Shown piece after piece: positions 10,209-19,548 of a stretch of DNA of 64,000 nt. Below the pieces are notes generated by a model. It had not been told where the DNA came from. It was given only the letters and a program-made list of their open reading frames with translations, and did not search any database. This stretch comes from a virus. Its lineage: Duplodnaviria > Caudoviricetes. Made by a program: the position numbers and the translations under genes. Location of the stretch: the IMG/VR virus record IMGVR_UViG_3300002026_001699, positions 1-64,000 of that record. One strand, 5' to 3'. Numbering within the stretch: the first letter of the stretch is position 1; the number at the start of each line of letters is the position of its first letter.

Positions 10209-11357
10209 TCAAGCTTCTACTAAAACATTGAAACTTCCTACGAAATTAATAAAGTTTCCATCATTCTCAATTTTACAAGCTACAATTTGGCCCTTCTTTA
10301 ATTCATATCCTTTTGGACTCTTCCAAGGCCATACATAAATAAATGGTTTAGACTTTGTTTCGTCACGCAATGTTATACGAGTATAATCTTTTTGTGTTTT
10401 TGTTCTTTTGTTTTCTATTCCTTCAACTTTTGCTACAATGAAATAACTGCCAGGCTCTTCAATCTCATAAACATAATTAACAGTCTTACCTGTACTTGCA
10501 GATATTTCTTTTCTTATTTCAACAAAAGATTGCATTTCAGTTAAAGACAAGAGACAAAATTCTTCTTCTCTTTCTACAATTAACTTGTATGAATATATAT
10601 CACCTTTATACGACTTATCCTTTCTAAGAGTTGTAAAGATATAAGAGTGAAGGTCAAATCTATCTTGAAAACCTTGTTCAACGAAATCATCAAAAGCACC
10701 TGACCATGTCAAAGCATCAATAGCTCTCTTGTTAAGATTAGCCATTTTCTTTCCATTGTCAGTTACTCTATTGAAAAAGTCATCAATATCTTTAAATGCT
10801 CCATTTTTTCTTTCTGCTACTATTTTAAGAATAGCATTATCAGGGAGAGCTTTAATAAATGACAAACCCCAAGAAATTGTTTTATCATCAATCAATTCAA
10901 AGTTATATCCTGAAGTATTTACATTTGGAGATGTGATATCCATTCCTCTAGCCATAATTTCTGTTGCATAAATAGATATCTTTGTCTCACCCTTCTTTTT
11001 ACTACCCTTATCGGTGTTGTTTAACAAGGCAACATTAAATTCAGGTCTATAATAAGCCTTGAGCCAATATTCTTGGAATGTCAAGAATGTATAAGAGATA
11101 GAGTGACTTTTGTTAAATGCGTAAGTAGAGAAGTTTGACATTAAATCCCACATTTCTTGAGCTTCCATTTTGCCACCAAGTCCATTTTGATCTAATGGTT
11201 TTGAAGCATTCAAGATAAACTTGTCATACAACGGCTTGAGAGATTTAATATAAGTTGGGTTATCTGAACTTAATTTTCCTAACTTTGTAATAAGTCTTCT
11301 TAATTGATTTGTTTCTGCTTTACTAAAAGCGGCAGCAAACTCTGCAATCTGCATCAT
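10209..11357 (-). CDS. dnaE: DNA polymerase III alpha, C-terminal piece (fingers/HhH/OB)
   Basis: MMQIAEF, FSTYAFNKSH, WLKAYYRPEF, PNVNTSGYNF, GLSFIKALP, NKRAIDALTWSGAFDDF and a C-terminal OB fold; ATG at 11357 overlaps the upstream TGA. Confidence 0.9.
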   Translation of the reverse strand: MMQIAEFAAAFSKAETNQLRRLITKLGKLSSDNPTYIKSLKPLYDKFILNASKPLDQNGLGGKMEAQEMWDLMSNFSTYAFNKSHSISYTFLTFQEYWLKAYYRPEFNVALLNNTDKGSKKKGETKISIYATEIMARGMDITSPNVNTSGYNFELIDDKTISWGLSFIKALPDNAILKIVAERKNGAFKDIDDFFNRVTDNGKKMANLNKRAIDALTWSGAFDDFVEQGFQDRFDLHSYIFTTLRKDKSYKGDIYSYKLIVEREEEFCLLSLTEMQSFVEIRKEISASTGKTVNYVYEIEEPGSYFIVAKVEGIENKRTKTQKDYTRITLRDETKSKPFIYVWPWKSPKGYELKKGQIVACKIENDGNFINFVGSFNVLVEA

Positions 11358-11476
11358 TGATAACAATTATGTATTACAATACCATTAGCAATAAAATTAT
11401 GATTATTATTTACTTCAAGATCATAAACATTTTCAGGTGATACTTCCCTTTTACTAACCAATCTAACTGATTGCAT
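11354..11476 (-). CDS. dnaE: split intein C-fragment (IntC3, 37 aa) + extein CYQ; not in ORF track
   Basis: MQSVRLVSKREVSPENVYDLEVNNNHNFIANGIVIHN|CYQ*: block F (VYDL) and block G (HN+Cys). Confidence 0.88.
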   Translation of the reverse strand: MQSVRLVSKREVSPENVYDLEVNNNHNFIANGIVIHNCYQ

Positions 11477-12356
11477 CTTTCAACCTTCCTTTTACATCTT
11501 CGATATTATTTTGAATATCATCTTCCCAAAAACGGATTATATTATATCCATTATTTATTAAATATGCTTCTTTTTCTATTTCTATTTTTTTATATTCTTG
11601 AATATATTGCGACATTTCATTTAATTGATATTTTTTAGGATTAATGTGCCAATAATCCCCATCTACTTCAATAACCAAATTATTTTCTGGAATATAAAAA
11701 TCATAAAAATAAAGTTGGTTTTTATTTTTTAATCTAAACTGTTTTATATAATTAACATTAAATTCTTTTAATATATTTTCAAAATATTTTTCTAAATTAG
11801 ATACATATTTTTGTCTATTGTTTTCTTGAATAAGTCTTCCAATTTTAATTTGTTTATCTTTTATAAAAACGGCATGATCAGAATTATCATGTTTATATAA
11901 AAAATGTGTTTGTAATCCAGCATTATTTTTAAATATTTTATTGCATAAAATGCATTTGAAAATATCATGACATGATGCTTTATGAGCACGTAAAGCAGTA
12001 TTTGTTTCAAATATTTTATTGCAAACTACACATTTAAAATTACCATATTTTATAATATTATCTTTTAATTTACTTTTATTATGATTTTTTTTATGTTCAT
12101 CAGTCCATACTACCCCTGTAATTCTTTTAGAAACTGCAAGAGAATAACATTCTTTTTTACCACAACTTTTTCTATATCCTATAAATGTCCCTTTATTAAA
12201 AACAGAATCTAATTTTTTACCACAAAAACATAAAGGGGCTTGATCTATTATTAATAAAACTTGATTACATTTTTCCTTGTGTTGTTTTAATTTATTAGAT
12301 GAAGATGTTTCAAAACCACATATACATTTATACATTTTTCTCCTATCAAGAACCAA
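11463..12356 (-). mobile_element. free-standing homing endonuclease (Zn fingers + Vsr/DUF559-like nuclease)
   Basis: C2H2-like fingers CVVC..H..C and CILC..H...H; YDFYIPENNLVIEVDGDYWH; lies between IntN3 and IntC3. Confidence 0.8.
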
Positions 12357-12388
12357 TATAGTTATCTTATATGTTCTTGATAAATAAA

Positions 12389-13033
12389 TTAAGCAAACTT
12401 TGAAAAATCTTCATTTATTACTATTTCATCTTCATCATTAAGATTTTGAGCTTCAATCCAACCTCTATTATTGGTATAAATTTGATGATCTGGAGTGCAT
12501 TTTAATATTTGACCACTAGAAAATTCTAATTCAATTAATTTTTTTATTCCATTATCATAGTATTTATTAATATTCTGCCATTCAAAATCTAATGTATTTT
12601 CATTAAGAGTCAATACTTTAACTTCTAATTTATTATTTACAATTTCTTTGATTTCTATTAATCCTTGAGTTGTTAATATTTTAGTATCACCGGTTATACA
12701 CATAAGTCCGAATGTTGGTTTTAGAATATGATGAATAGATGGAGGGATATCTTTTTCTGACCACACAACATTATTTTCATCAGCTCTACCATTTCTATCA
12801 GAATAAATTTCAGGTATTCCCATTGATAATGTTCCAGGGCGGATAAGAGCAGATATATCACAAAGCTCAGAGAAATTATCAGGATCTACTTGCTTACAAA
12901 CTTTGCTGGCTATAGAACTATTATGTACTATTATATCATTTGCTATGAAATTATTATATGGACTTTTCATGGCAATATCATATGTCTCTTCAATATTTAA
13001 TTGAGTAATGTTTTTTATTCTTTGGTATTTCAT
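12389..13033 (-). CDS. dnaE: DNA polymerase III alpha piece 3: IntC2 - extein - IntN3
   Basis: IntC2 (13033-12920) ends IIVHN|S; extein has SALIRPG and LKPTFGLM; IntN3 (12700-12392) starts CITGDT and has CTPDH. Confidence 0.92.
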   Translation of the reverse strand: MKYQRIKNITQLNIEETYDIAMKSPYNNFIANDIIVHNSSIASKVCKQVDPDNFSELCDISALIRPGTLSMGIPEIYSDRNGRADENNVVWSEKDIPPSIHHILKPTFGLMCITGDTKILTTQGLIEIKEIVNNKLEVKVLTLNENTLDFEWQNINKYYDNGIKKLIELEFSSGQILKCTPDHQIYTNNRGWIEAQNLNDEDEIVINEDFSKFA

Positions 13034-13088
13034 TTAACTATTGTACTCTCCATCTATAAGATATATATAACTATGCCAAGGAGTTTAT

Positions 13089-13931
13089 ATGTTATACGAA
13101 TTTTATAGTAAAACACACAATATATGGATAGATATGTCTAAATGTGGATATGCTTTAACCAATCATGTTAGAACAAATCAATATAATAAAAATAAAAAAT
13201 ATTATTTTTATGAAAATGAAGTTATCACAGATAAGACAAAAATAAAATATAAATGTGATAAATGTCAAAATATATTTGAATCAAGTTATGCTTCATATAA
13301 AAACAGAGAACATAAATTATGTTTAAAATGTATACAAAAAATAAAGAGTAATGACCCTATAATTAAAGAAAGAAAAAGACAAGCAGTATTAAAATATGGT
13401 CCTGAAACACACAAAAAAAGATCACAATCATTAAAAAATTTAGATACAAATATTAAACGTATAAAAGCTTTTCAAAAGACAATGAACAATTTATCAAAAG
13501 ACCGAAAAGATGAAATAAAAAATAAAAAACAACAAACCTGGTTTAATAAATCTGAAAATGAAAGGTTGTTAATAATGGAAAAACAAAGAAATTCTGGGAC
13601 ATTATGGACATCAATAAAAACTAAATTTGGTGAAATAAAATGTCAAGGATATGAAGATAGAGCAGTAATTAAACTATTGGAACTTAATGTTGATAAACTG
13701 GAACGTGGTCCATCTGTAAAAATGGATAATGGACATTGGCATTATCCAGATTTATATACAGAAAAAGATGGAAAAAAAATAATAATTGAAGTTAAATCAA
13801 ATTATTTATATAAAAAATATAAAGATGATATTTTATATAAAAAATCACAAGGTATAAAAAATACATCTTGTGATTATTATTTTATTTGGATTTTTGATGA
13901 TAAACAAGAAGTTGATTGTCAATGGTTATAA
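13089..13931 (+). mobile_element. free-standing PD-(D/E)XK-type endonuclease, opposite strand inside the dnaE locus
   Basis: CDKC..CLKC Zn motif, basic helical repeats, YPDLY...IIIEVKS; lies between IntN2 and IntC2. Confidence 0.75.
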
Positions 13932-15077
13932 TGACAATATTTCATCATTATCACTGAGATCTTTTAATTTTTTCCATCCATTTTTTGTTAAAAACTTATG
14001 ATTTTCAGAACATTTAATTTTTTTTCCATCTTCTAACTCTAGTTCAAAAATCATCTTTTTACCAGATTTTTTAATAACCAAACAATCATTTTGAATTAAT
14101 TCTTTTGTTTCTTCATTATACGAAGTTAATTTTTCAGGTAATGAAGAAGTATATAACTCTTTAATTGTTTTATCACCATTAATTATTGTATCTGGATGTA
14201 AGCAATCCATTTGGAATATTCCATAATGATCTCCACCCTTAACAAGATTCTGATAAATTGATTGATCCCCTTGCTGACTATTAATAAAGTCTAATGTTAA
14301 ATCTTTTCCTCTCCTAGTTTTAATTAATTCTAGAGTATCTTGAACTACCTGTAAATTGTTTAATCCAAGAATATCAAACTTGGCGTATCCTATTTCTGAT
14401 AATTCATGTCCTGAGTTTCCTTCCATCCATCCTGTAATTATATTTTTTCTTGATTGGATGATTGCAATATTATCCATCAAGCTATGAGATGAAATAAGAA
14501 CACCTGAAGCATGAGAGCCAGCTTGTCTATGTGCTCCTCGCACACCATTAATAAACCAACGAATAGGCATTTTATCAGTATCATATTTATTGAGAAATGT
14601 TTTTAATGTTGGAACTGCTTCTTCTAATTCTTCTAGAGTTGATGTATCATTAACATCTTGAGGTATTTTTTTTGTTATAGCAAATACATCAGATGATGGG
14701 ATATCACAAACACGAGCAACATCTTGAATGGCTGATTTTATTTTAAGCATACCAAATGTTCCAATGTTAGCAACTCTATCTCTACCATATTTTTCAATAA
14801 TATGTTCAATTACTTTATCTCTTAATCTGGTTTGAAAGTCAGAGTCAATATCAGGATAGTCATATCTTTCCAAGTCTAAGAATCTTTCAAAAAGAAGATC
14901 ATATTTAATTGGATCAACTTCAGTAATATGTAATAGATAATTGATAAGAGAACCAGCTGATGAATTATGAACTGAATAGTCATTTATAGTATAAGTATGA
15001 TCAGTTTCAACTTCTAAATCATATACTTTGCCTTTGTAAAAGTATTCATTAACTGATTTTACTTCAATAAATTCCAT
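13926..15077 (-). CDS. dnaE: DNA polymerase III alpha piece 2 (palm): IntC1 - extein - IntN2
   Basis: IntC1 (15077-14964) ends SVHN|SSAGSL; LLFERFL, catalytic YPDIDSDF, HASGV, KFDILGL, GIFQMD; IntN2 (14204-13929) CLHPDT...CSENH. Confidence 0.95.
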   Translation of the reverse strand: MEFIEVKSVNEYFYKGKVYDLEVETDHTYTINDYSVHNSSAGSLINYLLHITEVDPIKYDLLFERFLDLERYDYPDIDSDFQTRLRDKVIEHIIEKYGRDRVANIGTFGMLKIKSAIQDVARVCDIPSSDVFAITKKIPQDVNDTSTLEELEEAVPTLKTFLNKYDTDKMPIRWFINGVRGAHRQAGSHASGVLISSHSLMDNIAIIQSRKNIITGWMEGNSGHELSEIGYAKFDILGLNNLQVVQDTLELIKTRRGKDLTLDFINSQQGDQSIYQNLVKGGDHYGIFQMDCLHPDTIINGDKTIKELYTSSLPEKLTSYNEETKELIQNDCLVIKKSGKKMIFELELEDGKKIKCSENHKFLTKNGWKKLKDLSDNDEILSL

Positions 15078-16063
15078 GTATTAATAATCTCCTCTGCTTG
15101 AATGTATTTGTCTGTTCTTCTTTTAAACTCTGTAATCTTTCCATGTTGTATCAATATATGCTTATTCATCTCTAATAAATATATAATTTGATTTTTTATA
15201 TCAAATGTGCCAATTTCTGTTAATTCATTTTCTGTTAAGATATTAAAATCATCTAAATTATTTTCTTTAATATATTTTATTGCAGCTTCTTCTTTAACTT
15301 TAATTTCTTTTGTTGCTTGATAATTTTTCATTATCCAATTACTCTTTATTTCTATAATTTTATTATTATAGATAAAATCTGGTCTATATCCTCGTTTTAC
15401 ATTATCTAAAAAATATCTTATTTCGCCTTTAAATCTTTCAAGTTTATTACCTTTTAAATCTTGAATAAAGGCATAATACAATTCATATGTTGATTCAAAT
15501 CTTAAATTACCAGAATATTTAGAATAAAAAACTCCACTTACTCCTTGAAAACCCTTAAATTTATCAAGCATCATTTTTCTATATTCTTTATTTTGCCATA
15601 ATTTTTTAGAAGCTTTACTTATTTTATCACGTTTTTCTTGTGATTTACTGTGTTTAACAATTGAATTTCTCCAATTATCAGCCTTATCAGATTGCCAAGC
15701 TTTTTTTAATGCTTGAGAGTTTATTTCTCTTTGTCCTAATTTATTTTGTGCTATAAACTGTGCCTTAGAGTTTTTATCTCTCCATTCTTTTGAAGAACAT
15801 GTTGATTTCATTATAACAGATGGATGAATAAGTTTATTTTGAAAATATTTTCTATCTATTAAATTAATCAAAATAGTTTCAGTATATAATCTAGATATAT
15901 CACACTCACCAAAAATTATTTTTTTACTTCTTGGCCAATATTCTAAATATTTATAATAAACATCTTTTGGTATTTTTTTAATTTTATCTTTATAATATCT
16001 AATTACTTCATCTGGACAATCATCTCTAAAAAAATATTCTTTATTACTTACTTTTATAATCAT
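15059..16063 (-). mobile_element. free-standing homing endonuclease (NUMOD3-like + PD-(D/E)XK/TnsA-like)
   Basis: HSKSQEKRDKISK, FESTYE, YRPDFIYNNKIIEIKS; lies between IntN1 and IntC1. Confidence 0.78.
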
Positions 16064-16093
16064 AGCGTAATACCTCTTCCTGGTATTATCTTA

Positions 16094-16783
16094 CTAATTT
16101 GATGCAAGTTTTAATGGCTTATTACCAATTATTTCAAATAATTTTTGTAAAAAACTTTTTTTGCTTGGTGTTTTAATTTCTTGTTTTGCATCATCTCCAA
16201 AATTAGTTTGTTGGGTTTTTATAGTAGTCCCTGTATTATTACTAATTACTTGATTTCCATTACCTATTTGATTTCCATTACCAATGATAGCATTACTCAT
16301 AATTATCTCCATATTTGATTCGATAATACCATTCAAAAGTTTTTTACCTGTTGTAGTCAAAGGTTCAATTTTAACTTTTTGATCAGACATAAAGATGCCA
16401 ACATCATCAAACGTTTTGATAGTAAAAGCATTTTTATTTAAATAGCCCCTATCAATAAAATCTTTTACTAAGTGTCCATTAAAATGAACATTACTTATTC
16501 CATTACCAGTTGTATCATTACTTTGATTGTATCGTATTTGAAATAAAAACTTAATATCTTCTTTATATATTAAAAGCTTTTCTCCTTTTTCTGTTAATGG
16601 GTGTTTTTTAATAAGCATCCCTATACTTCCATCTGTAAACCATTGTATTTTAAAACATTCTTCTTTTAAAAATCCTTTAGATATTAAATCTTCAACTATA
16701 GATATATCACTTTCATCTATAAAATTATTCAATTTTATAGCATTAATTTTTTCTAAAAAATTAATTTTTTCTAATCCATTCAT
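16094..16783 (-). CDS. hypothetical passenger protein inside the split-intein gap
   Basis: Internal duplication (LISKGFL...PLTEKGEKLL / FIDRGYL...PLTTTGKKLL) and a GNGNQIGNGNQ low-complexity tail. Confidence 0.7.
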   Translation of the reverse strand: MNGLEKINFLEKINAIKLNNFIDESDISIVEDLISKGFLKEECFKIQWFTDGSIGMLIKKHPLTEKGEKLLIYKEDIKFLFQIRYNQSNDTTGNGISNVHFNGHLVKDFIDRGYLNKNAFTIKTFDDVGIFMSDQKVKIEPLTTTGKKLLNGIIESNMEIIMSNAIIGNGNQIGNGNQVISNNTGTTIKTQQTNFGDDAKQEIKTPSKKSFLQKLFEIIGNKPLKLASN

Positions 16784-16784
16784 A

Positions 16785-19085
16785 TTATACTCCTTTAATT
16801 AAGCAATCCCCAATTTGAAGTTTTGAAGCTTCAATCCAAATTGCATTAATTATATTTTTTTCTCGTCCTTTAGGAATAACTAAAATTTTATGGTCTTTTG
16901 TACACTCTATAGAATCACCATTTTCAAGATTTACTTGAGATATTTTTTCATCAACATCATAAATAAATTTGTTTACTACTTTATGTTTTTTACCATAAGC
17001 AGTTATAACTTCTTGATTAACTTCTATATCTTGAATATTCTTAAATGACCCATCAGAAAGTTTTACTTTTGAATTAGGAATGAAACATCCACGCCCTGCA
17101 CCTACTGATGTTTCACCAAAAGTCTCTTTAGTCCATCCTATAATATCTTCCATGATCAAGAAATAATCAGTATATCCTTTTTTTACAATAACATCTAATT
17201 CAAACTTAACCCTATCAAGATATTCTTTATTGTTTTCTAATCCTCTTTCTTTTAACCCTTTCATAACTTTATCAACAATAACTTTTTTACCATTATCATA
17301 AAGTTTTGGGAGTTTGGCACTTTTATCTAACTCATATTCTTGAACACTATCAACAAGAGAAATTACAGTATGAATACCTTTCCAAAAAACCTCTTCTGTA
17401 AAGACGTCAGACTTATGCCACATTTCCCAAGCATCATGCAATTCTGATACACTTTTGTAATAAAACTCTTTGCCTTTAATAGTCCAAATTTTACCATCTG
17501 TATCTTCTTCAAGTTGTTTAAATGTTTTATCCTGATCAGAAAGCATTTGTAACTCTTGAATGCGTGATTCTGCTTTGGTGAGATAGTGAGCATCATTAGT
17601 AATAACCCATGGAATATTTAATTCCAGAGCAATCTTAATTAACTCTTCATTAATAATTTTTTGTGGTTCCCAATCAATAGCCATTAATTCAATATAATAA
17701 TCTTTTCCAAATACACCATGCCACCACTTGATAACTTCTCTAGCCCTCTTTGGAGCCTCTGCAATTGCCTGTTTATCACTCTCTTCTATAAAATCAGATA
17801 CATATTTGATATAATCTTCTTCTTCAAATTTGTTTTCTTGGTGAGAATAAAAATATTCAAAATCATATTGATCTAGATATTCATTTTCTGCAAGTTTATC
17901 ATCATCCTTTGTTCTAAAAGATGACTTCATTGCCTTTACTTTATTTTCAATGAGGACTTTTTTATCATTAGCTCTTTTATCACTTTCAAGATAAACTCTC
18001 TCCAAGAGAATTCTATTTTGTTCTCCAGTTCCACAACCAGATAAAATAATCAATCCATCACTATGATCTTTTATATATTCAGGATCACAAATTGGATTTT
18101 TGTAAAATCCATTTACCCAAGCATCATTATGAATTTTAACAATATTTTTAAAACCATTTAGATTTTTAGCAAACATTGTTATATGTCTTGTTTCTTTTGA
18201 GGCTATTTTTCTAATGGCTTTATTTTCAGGAGTATCATCTTTAAGAGCGTCTCTTAATTTACCAGCCTGTCTATTTACATAAGCTTCCATTCCAAGAATT
18301 GGCTTTAAGCCATTTTCTTTTGCGCCATTATAAATAGAAATCCAATCACAAATATTTCCATGGTTAGATGTTGCTATTGCAGATTTTTGTTTTTCAACAT
18401 GCCATTTTATTCTTGTATCAGGAGTTCCAATACCATCTTTAAATGAGAGGGTATTATGAACATGAAGATGAACATATTTCCAGTCAATCTTTATTTTTTC
18501 AACTTCTTGTCTTACACTTTCTAGTTCTTGGACATTGTTAAAAGAAAATATCTTTACAGTATATACAAGTTGCTTGGCATTAATTCTCAGAGGAAGATCA
18601 TATGAATTAAGACCTTTAGATATTGCTATTCTAAAAGTTTTTTCAAGGAGAGATTTAGTATAATCACCAAGTGCAAAAATAATTTCTGGTTGAACAACTA
18701 GCAACTCTTTAAAGAGGAATCTTTTTATGTGTAATTTACCATCTTTAAAAAGTGGATCTTCAGTTGATGGATCTTTTGGATATTTTATACCATATGTTAA
18801 ATATAAATCTTTTCTATTAAGATCTAGCGATGTGCAAATTTCTTGGACTGATTTTGATAAATCAGGGTCTGTATAAAATTTGTCAATGTCAAATGGGGAT
18901 GGGTATGGACCTAATATCATAAATGGTGATATTCTACCTTCAGGAAGAGATCTGTTTCCAGGCTGAAGAGCAAACTCACACAACTCAATATCTTTTGCTT
19001 TTTGAATATCATCAAAAATTTTGTCTAGTGTAATATCATTTTTTAATAGATTAGCTGTGATTTGTGATTCTTCATTAAATGGCAT
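16785..19085 (-). CDS. dnaE: DNA polymerase III alpha piece 1: UDG-like domain + PHP domain + IntN1
   Basis: N-terminal UDG family-4-like fold (ILGPYP, ELLVVQPEIIFALG); PHP YVHLHVHNTLSFKDG, SNHGN, ITNDAHY; GYTDYFLI; GAGRG|CFIPNS...CTKDH IntN1 (17087-16788). Confidence 0.93.
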   Translation of the reverse strand: MPFNEESQITANLLKNDITLDKIFDDIQKAKDIELCEFALQPGNRSLPEGRISPFMILGPYPSPFDIDKFYTDPDLSKSVQEICTSLDLNRKDLYLTYGIKYPKDPSTEDPLFKDGKLHIKRFLFKELLVVQPEIIFALGDYTKSLLEKTFRIAISKGLNSYDLPLRINAKQLVYTVKIFSFNNVQELESVRQEVEKIKIDWKYVHLHVHNTLSFKDGIGTPDTRIKWHVEKQKSAIATSNHGNICDWISIYNGAKENGLKPILGMEAYVNRQAGKLRDALKDDTPENKAIRKIASKETRHITMFAKNLNGFKNIVKIHNDAWVNGFYKNPICDPEYIKDHSDGLIILSGCGTGEQNRILLERVYLESDKRANDKKVLIENKVKAMKSSFRTKDDDKLAENEYLDQYDFEYFYSHQENKFEEEDYIKYVSDFIEESDKQAIAEAPKRAREVIKWWHGVFGKDYYIELMAIDWEPQKIINEELIKIALELNIPWVITNDAHYLTKAESRIQELQMLSDQDKTFKQLEEDTDGKIWTIKGKEFYYKSVSELHDAWEMWHKSDVFTEEVFWKGIHTVISLVDSVQEYELDKSAKLPKLYDNGKKVIVDKVMKGLKERGLENNKEYLDRVKFELDVIVKKGYTDYFLIMEDIIGWTKETFGETSVGAGRGCFIPNSKVKLSDGSFKNIQDIEVNQEVITAYGKKHKVVNKFIYDVDEKISQVNLENGDSIECTKDHKILVIPKGREKNIINAIWIEASKLQIGDCLIKGV

Positions 19086-19099
19086 TTATACCTCTTTAT

Positions 19100-19110
19100 T
19101 TAAACTATGC
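19100..19110 (-). promoter_or_regulatory. representative GCATA(T/G)WTA putative phage promoter motif
   Basis: GCATAGTTTAAATA just upstream of the dnaE piece 1 RBS; about 14 intergenic copies in the window (see findings). Confidence 0.5.
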
Positions 19111-19149
19111 ATAACTCGTATAATTATTATATCATATAATGAAGATACT

Positions 19150-19548
19150 CTAAAATGTAATATATATTTTTTTGATTTGACCAAATTTCTTTATTGACAA
19201 ATAACCTATTTTTCCAGTTATCAATAACTTTTCTTGAATTTGAAAAGCCATAGAATCACAGAATGCTAGAAATTGAACTAGCACAATATTTCCTGCAATA
19301 TAAAAATCATCATCATGGAATTCACCAACTTCATGATTATTACTGCTTCTTTTAGATAATTTAATATCATCTAAATTTTTAAAAACTCTATACATAATAG
19401 AGAGTAATAGTTTTATATCTCTAGATTTATTATTTTGAGCAATTTTTTCATATATACTTGCAAATTTAATTTGCTTTGATTTTAAAGGTGGAAGATCTTC
19501 TAACAAGAATTTCCACTTTTCAATTAATTCACTATCTTGTTCTGTCAT
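19150..19548 (-). CDS. hypothetical protein
   Basis: 132-aa ORF coupled to the upstream gene. Confidence 0.6.
   Translation of the reverse strand: MTEQDSELIEKWKFLLEDLPPLKSKQIKFASIYEKIAQNNKSRDIKLLLSIMYRVFKNLDDIKLSKRSSNNHEVGEFHDDDFYIAGNIVLVQFLAFCDSMAFQIQEKLLITGKIGYLSIKKFGQIKKIYITF

Noticed and set aside
11463-16783. Group I introns as the explanation for the dnaE interruptions
   Set aside because: Each break is bounded by intein block A/B and F/G motifs with stop codons, RBSs and new starts, one insert is antisense, and there is almost no non-coding sequence for a ribozyme core.
19150-19548. Major capsid protein-like N-terminus (LIEKWKFLLE)
   Set aside because: Similarity is limited to a few residues and the ORF is far too short for a capsid protein.
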